Shown piece after piece: positions 37,301 through 47,400 of a stretch of DNA of 64,000 nt (positions are counted from its first letter, which is position 1; each line of letters starts with the position of its first letter). The translations under genes and the position numbers were made by a program. Source of the DNA: Nemertoderma westbladi (taxonomy: Eukaryota > Animalia > Xenacoelomorpha). The notes under the pieces are model-generated. The model saw nothing but the letters and a program-made list of their open reading frames with translations. It was not told where the DNA came from and searched no databases. The DNA lies in the NCBI GenBank assembly GCA_032718475.1, contig JAUCBJ010000527.1, positions 21,831 through 85,830 of the forward strand, written 5' to 3'.

Positions 37301-38387
37301 AAGTCTTTGGCGACATTATAATGGTGATAAAATTTTCAATAGCCCAGCAAAAAAATTGATGTTAACCCAATTTGATAAGTATGAGTACGGCGTGCATCTA
37401 AAATTATTGCGCTTTTATATTCATCATGGTATGCGTTTGATTAAAGTTCATAAACTTATTAGATTTAAGCAAGGTTACATTTTTAAGGATTTTATTGAAT
37501 ATAACACACAGCTAAGAAAAATTGCGCGCAATGACTTTTATGATAAGTTTCACAAAGGAACAAATAACGCGCTTTTCGGGAAAAGCATGGAGAATATACG
37601 GGACCGTGTCTCATTTCGCTTATGTAATTCAATCGAGAAATGTGACTTATTATTATCCAAGCCGAATCACGAAAATTTAATTATGTTCACTGATTCATTA
37701 TCAGGTCACGTCCTATCTAAGGCTGCGGTTTGTTTGCATAAACCTATTTTTTTAGGCCAAGCTGTGTTGGACTTGTCAAAGTTAGATTACTACACTTTTT
37801 TCTACGATAAGTTAAAGCCCATGGAAGCCGAATTAAATTGTAGTATAAATTTGCTAGGTGGGGACACGGATTCTTTTTTTTTACAGTGTGTTGGTTTATC
37901 CCAACACCAATTTTTATCTGCGTTACAATCAAAAAAAGTTTTAGACTGTTCAAATTACCCTATTACGCATCCGTTGTATACAGTAGAACAGAAAGGGAAA
38001 TATAGATATTTAAAGGATGAAGGGAAGTCTATCCCGTTTGACCAGGTTATTTTACTTAGACCAAAATGTTATAGCTTTCGTGGGGGGTCAGTTCCAAAAC
38101 GTGTCGCTAAAGGCGTAGGAAAAATGGTTATAAAAAAGAAACTCTCCCACGAATCATATTTAAAAGTATATAACGAGGTTAGCGAGCATTACGAATACAG
38201 TCAAAGGTTTCAATCTAATTTACATAAAATATACACCGTTTCACAAAGAAAAAAATCGCTAACACTGTGGGAAGATAAAAGGTACTACACATCGACTAAT
38301 GAAAGTCTACCTTACGGTCATTATAAAACACATTTGGATCGTAAAGCGCCTGCCCCTAAGCTTTATATGCCGCCCATTATAGAATAG
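34317..38387 (+). CDS. Protein-primed family B DNA polymerase (Polinton/adintovirus type), ~1356 aa
   Basis: Uninterrupted ORF; first in-frame ATG at 34317. N-terminal C2H2-like fingers, RGSGW, CFKWAV, ExoI YMDFE, EndoVII-like HHNHYNG..GAACISCN, ExoII HN..YDSH, FIDS, KSVFPYEY, ExoIII DVLLLADIFENFR, IRGG, DFNSLY, KGTNNALFGKSMEN, GDTDS, LRPKCY, KGV, DKR, LPYGHY. Confidence 0.95.
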   Translation: MMEINCVFCSCTILKKNYLRHLRTHFDGYVCDNCNCRTTSERIAIFHSNRCCGLSRPNYTYCGYTLSCPTCSDDFENFDSYIEHSCHQNHYNSRKRKHNQKQSEPTFQPDLNVGLPVSITNSSDTSNEGFHLSTTCHESRVQEYTHNVSSNEMYPDVPNYLNYMGLYASRAFNTTASVFIDMFYKVWLIASVIMERDDANYTLQEEFHFTSIGTDNYIENSPDFDEWYYTVISHIGEKISQFIRRGSGWKLVTLSRIKLTIASYLRSAYRFGHSGDANQSIPTKLKNKHSVINVPCNEGECFKWAVLTAKFSKHISDDHTLRHVSRQSSYNQYLGFFNLSELDSTLSWKLNILKFEKNNPNYLINLLYFDRSSEKISFLRQPSAKKAEGKRLLNLLLIERQNLTSTNHIVGVSNLNRLFNGCGEGNSNDHCHRCERCIRGFYSPNALERHRLWCWQGGRQIEEMPSKLNLRFTNYYKSVSTPFIVYMDFEVVLAPTNNVKKYYIAEHLPSAVSYLIVSNGELINPPNYFLSTFRQNIDNNSVQNFIDSLVFDLFKCYEWSTFNTHHPKHLDHTQYQAYMRTTNCFNCKSFFRKDINPSVMHHNHYNGAFIGAACISCNKQLSVKRHLFPVVCHNFFFYDSHLILQKGFAGSKYKNWNIETIAKNTERYISLRIDIPTSEALNVLGYAIPEKDVRGLPTSKSITIQFIDSFAFMGFSLSALAGFLAKDVSDLTTVIPHTVKQMRKLYPNVTDEILRRKSVFPYEYVDSLSKLEDTKLPHPKEFYSELTLSSISPEEYTFAHLSWEQFQCKTLFDYLEAYLHLDVLLLADIFENFRAYCTKHYSLEVSNYYTMAGVSWDAALRLSKSHIRLLADHEMYLTFENSIRGGVSYTNLHMANANIPGTETYDPNKPEAHLYNLDFNSLYSGSLSEKLPYSDFEWLDVDSVDIMSLEIDDIFGYFAIVDLEYPMSIHDATAELPFAPEHIKLDSRYLSPHMKSLWRHYNGDKIFNSPAKKLMLTQFDKYEYGVHLKLLRFYIHHGMRLIKVHKLIRFKQGYIFKDFIEYNTQLRKIARNDFYDKFHKGTNNALFGKSMENIRDRVSFRLCNSIEKCDLLLSKPNHENLIMFTDSLSGHVLSKAAVCLHKPIFLGQAVLDLSKLDYYTFFYDKLKPMEAELNCSINLLGGDTDSFFLQCVGLSQHQFLSALQSKKVLDCSNYPITHPLYTVEQKGKYRYLKDEGKSIPFDQVILLRPKCYSFRGGSVPKRVAKGVGKMVIKKKLSHESYLKVYNEVSEHYEYSQRFQSNLHKIYTVSQRKKSLTLWEDKRYYTSTNESLPYGHYKTHLDRKAPAPKLYMPPIIE

Positions 38388-38396
38388 CGGATTGTG

Positions 38397-38819
38397 ATGT
38401 CTTTTAGTATTGTCAACAGTAATATAAGTTTGAGGTTGGGTGATGGGTGCATATCATTCGATGTGCTGGCTAAACGAATTCGAAATGGAAAACTCATCTT
38501 AAAGCCTTACCAATATATCGCCAAAATTTGCGGATGGACGTGTCTCTTTTTCCCGAGCGGTAAGGTCACTGTACTCGGTAAATCACCTAAAATAAAAAAA
38601 ATTATTAAGTATATATATAAGCATACTGATTATAAACTAACTTTTATTTCAATCAATAGCCAAACTTATATTATTAACAATCTAGACATAGACTATAGCA
38701 AATTAATGAAAACGGTTGGGTTTCATTTTTTAGATAATTATTATAATGTGGAGGTGAAATATGAGCCGGAGATATTTAATAATATTCTTGTGCAGTTTTA
38801 TCGATCAATTAGGGTCTAA
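38397..38819 (+). CDS. Viral-type TATA-binding-protein-like gene, truncated in its second repeat
   Basis: SIVNSN...IRNGK...TCLFFPSGKVTVLG (cf. TBP TALIFSSGKMVCTG) and VKYEPEIF (cf. SYEPELF). Starts 9 bp after the PolB stop; the sequence switches to another TE at ~38805. Confidence 0.7.
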   Translation: MSFSIVNSNISLRLGDGCISFDVLAKRIRNGKLILKPYQYIAKICGWTCLFFPSGKVTVLGKSPKIKKIIKYIYKHTDYKLTFISINSQTYIINNLDIDYSKLMKTVGFHFLDNYYNVEVKYEPEIFNNILVQFYRSIRV

Positions 38820-38947
38820 TTAGCCTAATTGGGAGGTGTCACCCAGACAGTCTGGCGCCAATGACACCCAATGACACCCTATGGGTGATAATAGGGTGTC
38901 ATATGACACCCAATGGGTGTCAGTGAGGTCTAACTTTCGCAAAGCCG
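38806..38947. mobile_element. End of an unidentified DNA transposon/MITE that truncates the Polinton-like element
   Basis: Abrupt compositional change; repeated tgacaccc/gggtgtca motifs in both orientations. Confidence 0.4.
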
Positions 38948-38949
38948 TG

Positions 38950-39420
38950 CAAACCCCTACTACAAGAGTCTACTACGACGTTTCATTATCTGGATACTAG
39001 GAGATAATGAATGGACCTACACAGATCGGCTCAAATCACTTAAACATACTCCCCCTTTCTCTCTACCTACAACTCCTAGATTTGATGACGCTGTCGAAGA
39101 TTATCGCTGGGAAATGCGACATCAACTGGGAAGAACACCTTAAACTCAACAAACCATCAAACCAAAATACTCGTTCAAGTGATCGGATTTTATCTAATGT
39201 TGCGCGGCCGAAAAAATGCAAATCAGAACAAAATTTTTGATTCCGAATACCTTACATTGCAAATGCATTACCAAAGCGAATTTTACAAACAATGTAGGAC
39301 TTAAATCTCGTCTGATCGACTTATTTTGGAGATATTTCATAAACCCTACTCAAGTGATATTCACTGTAGCTGGTCAGTGTGCTTCAGCTGCGTCTTGATG
39401 AACTGTAGAAACATAACTCT
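38950..39420 (+). pseudogene. CR1-group LINE ORF2 3' end relic
   Basis: LNILPLSLYLQLLDL...TRS...RPKKCKSEQNF...LKSRL..LFW and a terminal Cys cluster. Confidence 0.55.
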
Positions 39421-39568
39421 CATCTCGATGATTTATACCCATAGATAATGACTTATATTGTATACTGCTTTATTAATTAATACAAATTTTATTTCATTAA
39501 ATTTTATTGCATCTCATTTTAAATTTAATACGCCATTTTTACGACATAAAATCCGACACTTTTATTAA

Positions 39569-41176
39569 GGGGGGGGTACACCCCCCCCCAGGTCAAAATT
39601 TTCATTTTTTGTTTTTTTATTTCATCTAGAGTAGAATTTAATGCGGATTTCAAATCTGGAAACGGCTTAGCGAGATCTCTTTTACTTCTCGAGTAATGGC
39701 TGGTTTTCCGTCTGTATGTCTGTCTGTCTGTCCATCGAAATATTAAAAAGGGCATAAAATAAGCAATCTGAAATATTTACTGTTAGGATTTTTCTTAAAG
39801 TCGATGTCTGTTTTAATATTTGGAATTATCTAATCACTATGTCTGTATATCAGCCTGTCTCTCAGTTTGTCTGTCTGTTTGTCTGTCTGTCTGTTTGTCA
39901 ACATGTCCGTCAAATTTTAATTAATATATATTTAATAGATATTTGTGAGTTTTGTATTACATATTGAAAAGTTGTCTAATGGACTAGTTGTCTACTAGTA
40001 ATAAAAAATGTGAACCATTATATAACAATAGCTAGTAATAATTATTCTGGGAAACAACCATAAACTTATTTTTTTTTAAATTCCGCAGGCTCTGAGAATA
40101 ATTCACGTGCTGCGCGAAGTCTTCATGTGCAGCATGAACTTTTCATGTGCCGCGTGAAGGCTTCTCATTCTGATCAAAAAGCTTTCCGAGGTGCTCGATT
40201 AATTAACGTGCTTTATGAAGAATTTAAGTGCTACGTGAAACCTTCACCTGCTGCGCAAATGTCTCACGTGCTGCGCGAAGGTTTCACATGCTGCGCAAAG
40301 CTTAATGTTCTGTGTAAAGGCTTGTAATAAAATTATGTGGAAATTTTTATATAATTTTGAATGTTTCTTAAGGTTATCTCATTATTCCATGACTATTTAT
40401 TACTAAATGACGAAATAGTATGCGATCAAATCAATACGCCAAAATGTAATTTGTTGACGTGCTGCGCGAAGTGTTTTTTGGCAAGCACTCTAAAATTATT
40501 TTAACAGGTTGTTAAAAGTGGGTAGGGGTTTTTTTGAACCAAATTTCATGAAATCCATTGAGAAATCACAAAATATGGATAGGGGATAACCAATGGGAAA
40601 AGAAAAGGAGATACCAGTACTGAAAATAGCGGGAACATTTGAAATATATTGTTCTTAAACTTTAAATGCGTTTATCTCGGAACTGTATTTTTCACATTCA
40701 AAATACTACTACTCGGCCATTTCTTAACCAATTTTTGAAATTTTTTTTTTGTTTGATTTCTTTTCGGGTTTTGATCAAAAGTTATCGGTTAGAATTTTGA
40801 ATTGTGCCATATTAATTTCTTGAAATTAGTTAATATCTATTAAGTAATAATTAATATTAGTTAATAATATTTAAAAAATATTTAAGACCTAAATAAAAAA
40901 TGTAACCGATAAGTTTTGTGGAGCCGAGGATGCTGATTCAGAAAAACCAAGTTTTGAAAATTTTCGCCCAAAATTGTGAGACTAGTAGTGTTTTTAGTGA
41001 AATTAACAATTTCGCTGGTGGCCGCTAGAGGGCGACGCAAATTTGAAAAAAAATTTTTTGAACCCAATCTTTGGCCATATTTTAATCCCCCGAAAGGTAT
41101 AAAATATACAAAATTACACACAAGCAGAAATTATAGCCATTTGCAAAAAAGGTCCATAGGGGGGTGTACCCCCCCC
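39569..41176. mobile_element. Non-autonomous DNA transposon with TTAA TSD (Kolobok-like)
   Basis: ttaa|ggggggggtacacccccc ... ggggggtgtacccccccc|ttaa; no ORF; internal cacgtgctgcgcgaag repeats. Confidence 0.8.
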
Positions 41177-41432
41177 TTAATACGAATATATATTTCATCT
41201 TATTTTAATACACATAATTTATTTCATTCCATGAATGACAACCAGTCTTCTGACCCTTTTAACTTTTTCGTTTAATCTCATAATTAGCACGGCCTTTTTG
41301 AGACCAATTACAGTAATAATTTTAATTCGGAGTATTTTAATGTACTTTAATTAATTTTTAACTCATGATTTAAACTACGTATATGTTTTTTTATGGGGGA
41401 AACCCCATCACCATAATACTATAGTTTCCTTA

Positions 41433-44400
41433 TAGTTATCCTTTGGCACTCACTCCTTCTCTTACTCAGCACCCATCGTTTTTAATAAAAATACCCCGTT
41501 ACAACCTAGTTTCCTTTGGCACTCACTCCTTCTCTTACTCAGCACCCATCGTTTTTAATAAAAAATACCCCGTTACAACCTAGTATCCTTTGGTGCTCGC
41601 TCCTTCTCTTACTCAACACCTATCGTTTTTAATAAAAATACCCCGTTACAACCTAGTATCCTTTGGCACTCGCTCCTTCTCTTACTCAACACCTATCGTT
41701 TTTAATAAAAATACCCCGTTACAACCTAGTATCCTTTGGCGCTCGCTCTTTCTCTTACTCAACACCTGTCGTTTTTAATAAAAATACCCCGTTACAACCT
41801 AGTATCCTTTGGCGCTCACTCCTTCTCTTACTCAACACCTGTCGTTTTTAATAAAAATACCCCGTTACAACCTAGTATCCTTTGGCACTCGCTCCTTTTC
41901 TTACTCAACACCTGTCGTTTTTAATAAAAATACCCCGTTACAACCTAGTATCCTTTGGCACTCGCTCCTTCTCTTACTCAACACTTATCGTTTTTAATAA
42001 AAATACCCCATTACAACCTAGTATCCTTTGGCGCTCGCTCCTTCTCTTACTCAACACTTATCGTTTTTAATAAAAATACCCCGTTACAACCTAGTATCCT
42101 TTGGCACTCGCTCCTTCTCTTACTCAACACCTATCGTTTTTAATAAAAATACCCCGTTACAACCTAGTATCCTTTGGCACTCGCTCCTTCTCTTACTCAA
42201 CACCTATCGTTTTTACTAAAAATACCCCGTTACAACCTAGTATCCTTTGGCACTCGCTCCTTCTCTTACTCAACACCTATCGTTTTTACTAAAAATACCC
42301 CGTTACAACCTAGTATCCTTTGGCACTCGCTCCTTCTCTTACTCAACACCTATCGTTTTTAATAAAAATACCCCGTTACAACCTAGTATCCTTTGGCACT
42401 CGCTCCTTCTCTTACTCAACACCTATCGTTTTTAATAAAAATACCCCGTTACAACCTAGTATCCTTTGGCACTCGCTCCTTCTCTTACTCAACACCTATA
42501 GTTTTTACTAAAAATACCCCGTTACAACCTAGTATCCTTTGGCACTCGCTCCTTCTCTTACTCAACACCTATCGTTTTTAATAAAAATACCCCGTTACAA
42601 CCTAGTATCCTTTGGCGCTCGCTCTTTCTCTTACTCAACACCTGTCGTTTTTAATAAAAATACCCCGTTACAACCTAGTATCCTTTGGCGCTCACTCCTT
42701 CTCTTACTCAACACCTGCCGTTTTTAATAAAAATACCCCGTTACAACCTAGTATCCTTTGGCACTCGCTCCTTTTCTTACTCAACACCTGTCGTTTTTAA
42801 TAAAAATACCCCGTTACAACCTAGTATCCTTTGGCACTCGCTCCTTCTCTTACTCAACACTTATCGTTTTTAATAAAAATACCCCATTACAACCTAGTAT
42901 CCTTTGGCGCTCGCTCCTTCTCTTACTCAACACTTATCGTTTTTAATAAAAATACCCCGTTACAACCTAGTATCCTTTGGCACTCGCTCCTTCTCTTACT
43001 CAACACTTATCGTTTTTAATAAAAATACCACATTACAACCTAGTATCCTTTGGCACTCGCTCCTTCTCTTACTCAGCACCCGTCATTTTTAATAAAAATA
43101 CCCCGTTACAACCTAGTATCCTTTGGCACTCGCTCCTTCTCTTACTCAACACTTATCGTTTTTAATAAAAATACCACATTACAACCTAGTATCCTTTGGC
43201 ACTCGCTCCTTCTCTTACTCAGCACCCGTCATTTTTAATAAAAATACCCCATTACAACCTAGTATCCTTTGGCGCTCGCTCCTTCTCTTACTCAACACTT
43301 ATCGTTTTTAATAAAAATACCCCGTTACAACCTAGTATCCTTTGGCACTCGCTCCTTCTCTTACTCAACACTTATCGTTTTTAATAAAAATACCCCGTTA
43401 CAACCTAGTATCAGTTGGCACTCGCTCCTTCTCTTACTCAGCACCCGTCATTTTTAATAAAAATACCCCGTTACAACCTAGTATCCTTTGGCACTCGCTC
43501 CTTCTCTTACTCAACACTTATCGTTTTTAATAAAAATACCACATTACAACCTAGTATCCTTTGGCACTCACTCCTTCTCTTACTCAGCACCCGTCATTTT
43601 TAATAAAAATACCCCGTTACAACCTAGTATCCTTTGGCACTCGCTCCTTCTCTTACTCAACACTTATCGTTTTTAATAAAAATACCACATTACAACCTAG
43701 TATCCTTTGGCACTCGCTCCTTCTCTTACTCAGCACCCGTCATTTTTAATAAAAATACCCCGTTACAACCTAGTATCCTTTGGCACTCGCTCCTTCTCTT
43801 ACTCAACACTTATCGTTTTTAATAAAAATACCACATTACAACCTAGTATCCTTTGGCACTCGCTCCTTCTCTTACTCAGCACCCGTCATTTTTAATAAAA
43901 ATACCCCATTACAACCTAGTATCCTTTGGCACTCGCTCCTTCTCTTACTCAACACTTATCGTTTTTAATAAAAATACCACATTACAACCTAGTATCCTTT
44001 GGCACTCGCTCCTTCTCTTACTCAGCACCCGTCATTTTTAATAAAAATACCCCGTTACAACCTAGTATCCTTTGGCACTCGCTCCTTCTCTTACTCAACA
44101 CTTATCGTTTTTAATAAAAATACCACATTACAACCTAGTATCCTTTGGCACTCGCTCCTTCTCTTACTCAGCACCCGTCATTTTTAATATAAATACCCCA
44201 TTACAACCTAGTATCCTTTGGCACTCGCTCCTTCTCTTACTCAGCACCTGTTGTTTTTAATAAAAATACCCCATTACAACCTAGTATCCTTTGGCACTCG
44301 CTCCTTCTCTTACTCAGCACCTGTTGTTTTTAATAAAAATACCCCGTTACAACCTAGTATCCTTTGGCACTCGCTCCTTCTCTTACTCAGCACCTGTTGT

Positions 44401-47400
44401 TTTTAATAAAAATACCCCATTACAACCTAGTATCCTTTGGCACTCGCTCCTTCTCTTACTCAACACCTATCGTTTTTAATAAAAATACCCCGTTACAACC
44501 TAGTATCCTTTGGCACTCGCTCCTTCTCTTACTCAACACTTATCGTTTTTAATAAAAATACCCCATTACAACCTAGTATCCTTTGGCACTCGCTCCTTCT
44601 CTTACTCAACACTTATCGTTTTTAATAAAAATACCACATTACAACCTAGTATCCTTTGGCACTCGCTCCTTCTCTTACTCAGCACCCGTCATTTTTAATA
44701 AAAATACCCCGTTACAACCTAGTATCCTTTGGCACTCGCTCCTTCTCTTACTCAACACTTATCGTTTTTAATAAAAATACCACATTACAACCTAGTATCC
44801 TTTGGCATTCGCTCCTTCTCTTACTCAGCACCCGTCATTTTTAATAAAAATACCCCGTTACAACCTAGTATCCTTTGGCACTCGCTCCTTCTCTTACTCA
44901 ACACCTATCGTTTTTAATAAGAATACCCCATTACAACCTAGTATCCTTTGGCACTCGGTCCTTCTCTTACTCAACACTTATCGTTTTTAATAAAAATACC
45001 ACATTACAACCTAGTATCCTTTGGCACTCGCTCCTTCTCTTACTCAACACTTATCGTTTTTAATAAAAATACCCCGTTACAACCTAGTATCCTTTGGCAC
45101 TCGCTCCTTCTCTTACTCAGCACCTGTCATTTTTAATAAAAATACCCCATTACAACCTAGTATCCTTTGGCACTCGCTCCTTCTCTTACTCAGCACCCGT
45201 CATTTTTAATAAAAATACCCCGTTACAACCTAGTATCCTTTGGCACTCGCTCCTTCTCTTACTCAGCACCCGTCATTTTTAATAAAAATACCCCGTTACA
45301 ACCTAGTATCCTTTGGCACTCGCTCCTTCTCTTACTCAACACTTATCGTTTTTAATAAAAATACCACATTACAACCTAGTATCCTTTGGCACTCGCTCCT
45401 TCTCTTACTCAGCACCCGTCATTTTTAATAAAAATACCCCGTTACAACCTAGTATCCTTTGGCACTCGCTCCTTCTCTTACTCAACACTTATCGTTTTTA
45501 ATAAAAATACCCCGTTACAACCTAGTATCCTTTGGCACTCGCTCCTTCTCTTACTCAGCACCCGTCATTTTTAATAAAAATACCCCGTTACAACCTAGTA
45601 TCCTTTGGCACTCGCTCCTTCTCTTACTCAACACTTATCGTTTTTAATAAAAACGGTGACACAGAACCATTTGAAGTGTTATGGGACGTCCTCCAAGGAG
45701 ACACACTTGCACCATTCTTGTTCATTATTGTGGTTGACTATGTTCTACGCATGTCCTTAGATCATCATAATGATGATGGGGTGATGATAACTCCACCTAC
45801 TGGCTCCAGAAGTCGAGGAAATCCTGCCAAGTACCTAACTGATCTAGACTTTGCTGATGACTTAGGAGTACTCTCAGAATCATTAGAGGGAGCCCAGCGG
45901 CTCCTCAGCTCATTAGAACATGCTGCTTCTAGTGTTGGTCTTTTTATTAACTCCAGAAAGACCAAAATTCTGACAGTTAACTTTGAAAGTCCTCAGCAAG
46001 TCTCTGATCGGATGAGCATAAGCTCAAAGGATGGTATGCTTGAGCATGTGGACGACTTCTGTTACCTGGGATCATGGATCCGGAAGTCAGGTGAGGACCT
46101 TCGAATACGTAAGGGAAAGGCATGGGCAGCCTTGAATAGGCTTTCCAGGATTTGGAAGTCACCTAGAATTAATCGGAAACTTAAGGTCCGATTATTTAGA
46201 GCAGCAGTAGTTCCAGTACTCCTCTACGGGAGTCCATGCTGGGCTCTAACTGCTGAGGACACCAAATCTCTGGATGGCACATTCACAAGAATGCTACGCC
46301 GGGTACATTGTGTCAAGTACAATGCACACATCTCCAACCAGACACTATATAACATTGGAGGTGTCTCATTGGTTCCCCCAAGCTTGACACTAGAACAAAA
46401 TCGCCTCCGCTTTGCAGGACATTGCTTTCGCCGTGAGGACCAGCCAGTGCATAATCTTGTACTTTGGCAGCCTCATGGAGTGAATAAGCATGGTGGACAG
46501 CCCATGACTTTCTTGAGACGCATCTTAAAGGACACTGGCCTTAAAGATGCGGATGATCTAGCAAATGTCATGGGTGATAGGGAGTTGTGGCGGTGCAATT
46601 TTGTTGACAAGCCGGCACAGCATTCTTAAAAATGCAGCTGCAATGCAGCATGCCGATCCTAGTAGTAGTAGTAGTAGTAGTAGTTTTTAATAAAAATACC
46701 CCATTACAACCTAGTATCCTTTGGTGCTCGCTCCTTCTCTTACTCAACACTTATCGTTTTTAATAAAAATACCCCGTTACAACCTAGTATCCTTTGGTAC
46801 TCGCTCCTTCTCTTACTCAACACTTATCGTTTTTAATAAAAATACCACATTACAACCTAGTATCCTTTGGCACTCGCTCCTTCTCTTACTCAGCACCCGT
46901 CATTTTTAATAAAAATACCCCGTTACAACCTAGTATCCTTTGGCACTCGCTCCTTCTCTTACTCAACACTTATCGTTTTTAATAAAAATACCACATTACA
47001 ACCTAGTATCCTTTGGCACTCGCTCCTTCTCTTACTCAGCACCCGTCATTTTTAATAAAAATACCCCATTACAACCTAGTATCCTTTGGCACTCGCTCCT
47101 TCTCTTACTCAACACTTATCGTTTTTAATAAAAATACCCCGTTACAACCTAATATCCTTTGGCACTCGCTCCTTCTCTTACTCAGCACCCGTCATTTTTA
47201 ATAAAAATACCCCATTACAACCTAGTATCCTTTGGCACTCGCTCCTTCTCTTACTCAGCACCCGTCATTTTTAATAAAAATACCCCGTTACAACCTAGTA
47301 TCCTTTGGCACTCGCTCCTTCTCTTACTCAACACTTATCGTTTTTAATAAAAATACCATATTACAACCTAGTATCCTTTGGCACTCGCTCCTTCTCTTAC

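Larger units (their letters stand above)
27232..38805. mobile_element. Polinton/Maverick-like (pPolB) endogenous viral element: left portion, truncated on the right
   Basis: Intact pPolB, intronless compact ORFs, a divergent promoter region, and a candidate terminus AGTAGT at 27232 followed by motif-rich TIR-like sequence (ggttaccatggttacc, tttgaccttgaac). No matching right TIR was found. Confidence 0.8.

Noticed and set aside
38950-38990. ctactac motifs as the Polinton right terminus
   Set aside because: Not the reverse complement of the 27232 end, no TSD, and they lie in a CR1-like relic.
45532-46629. 365-aa satellite-RT fusion protein
   Set aside because: Chance in-frame junction between a satellite monomer and a 5'-truncated RTE; TTG start, and the RT N-terminal half is missing.
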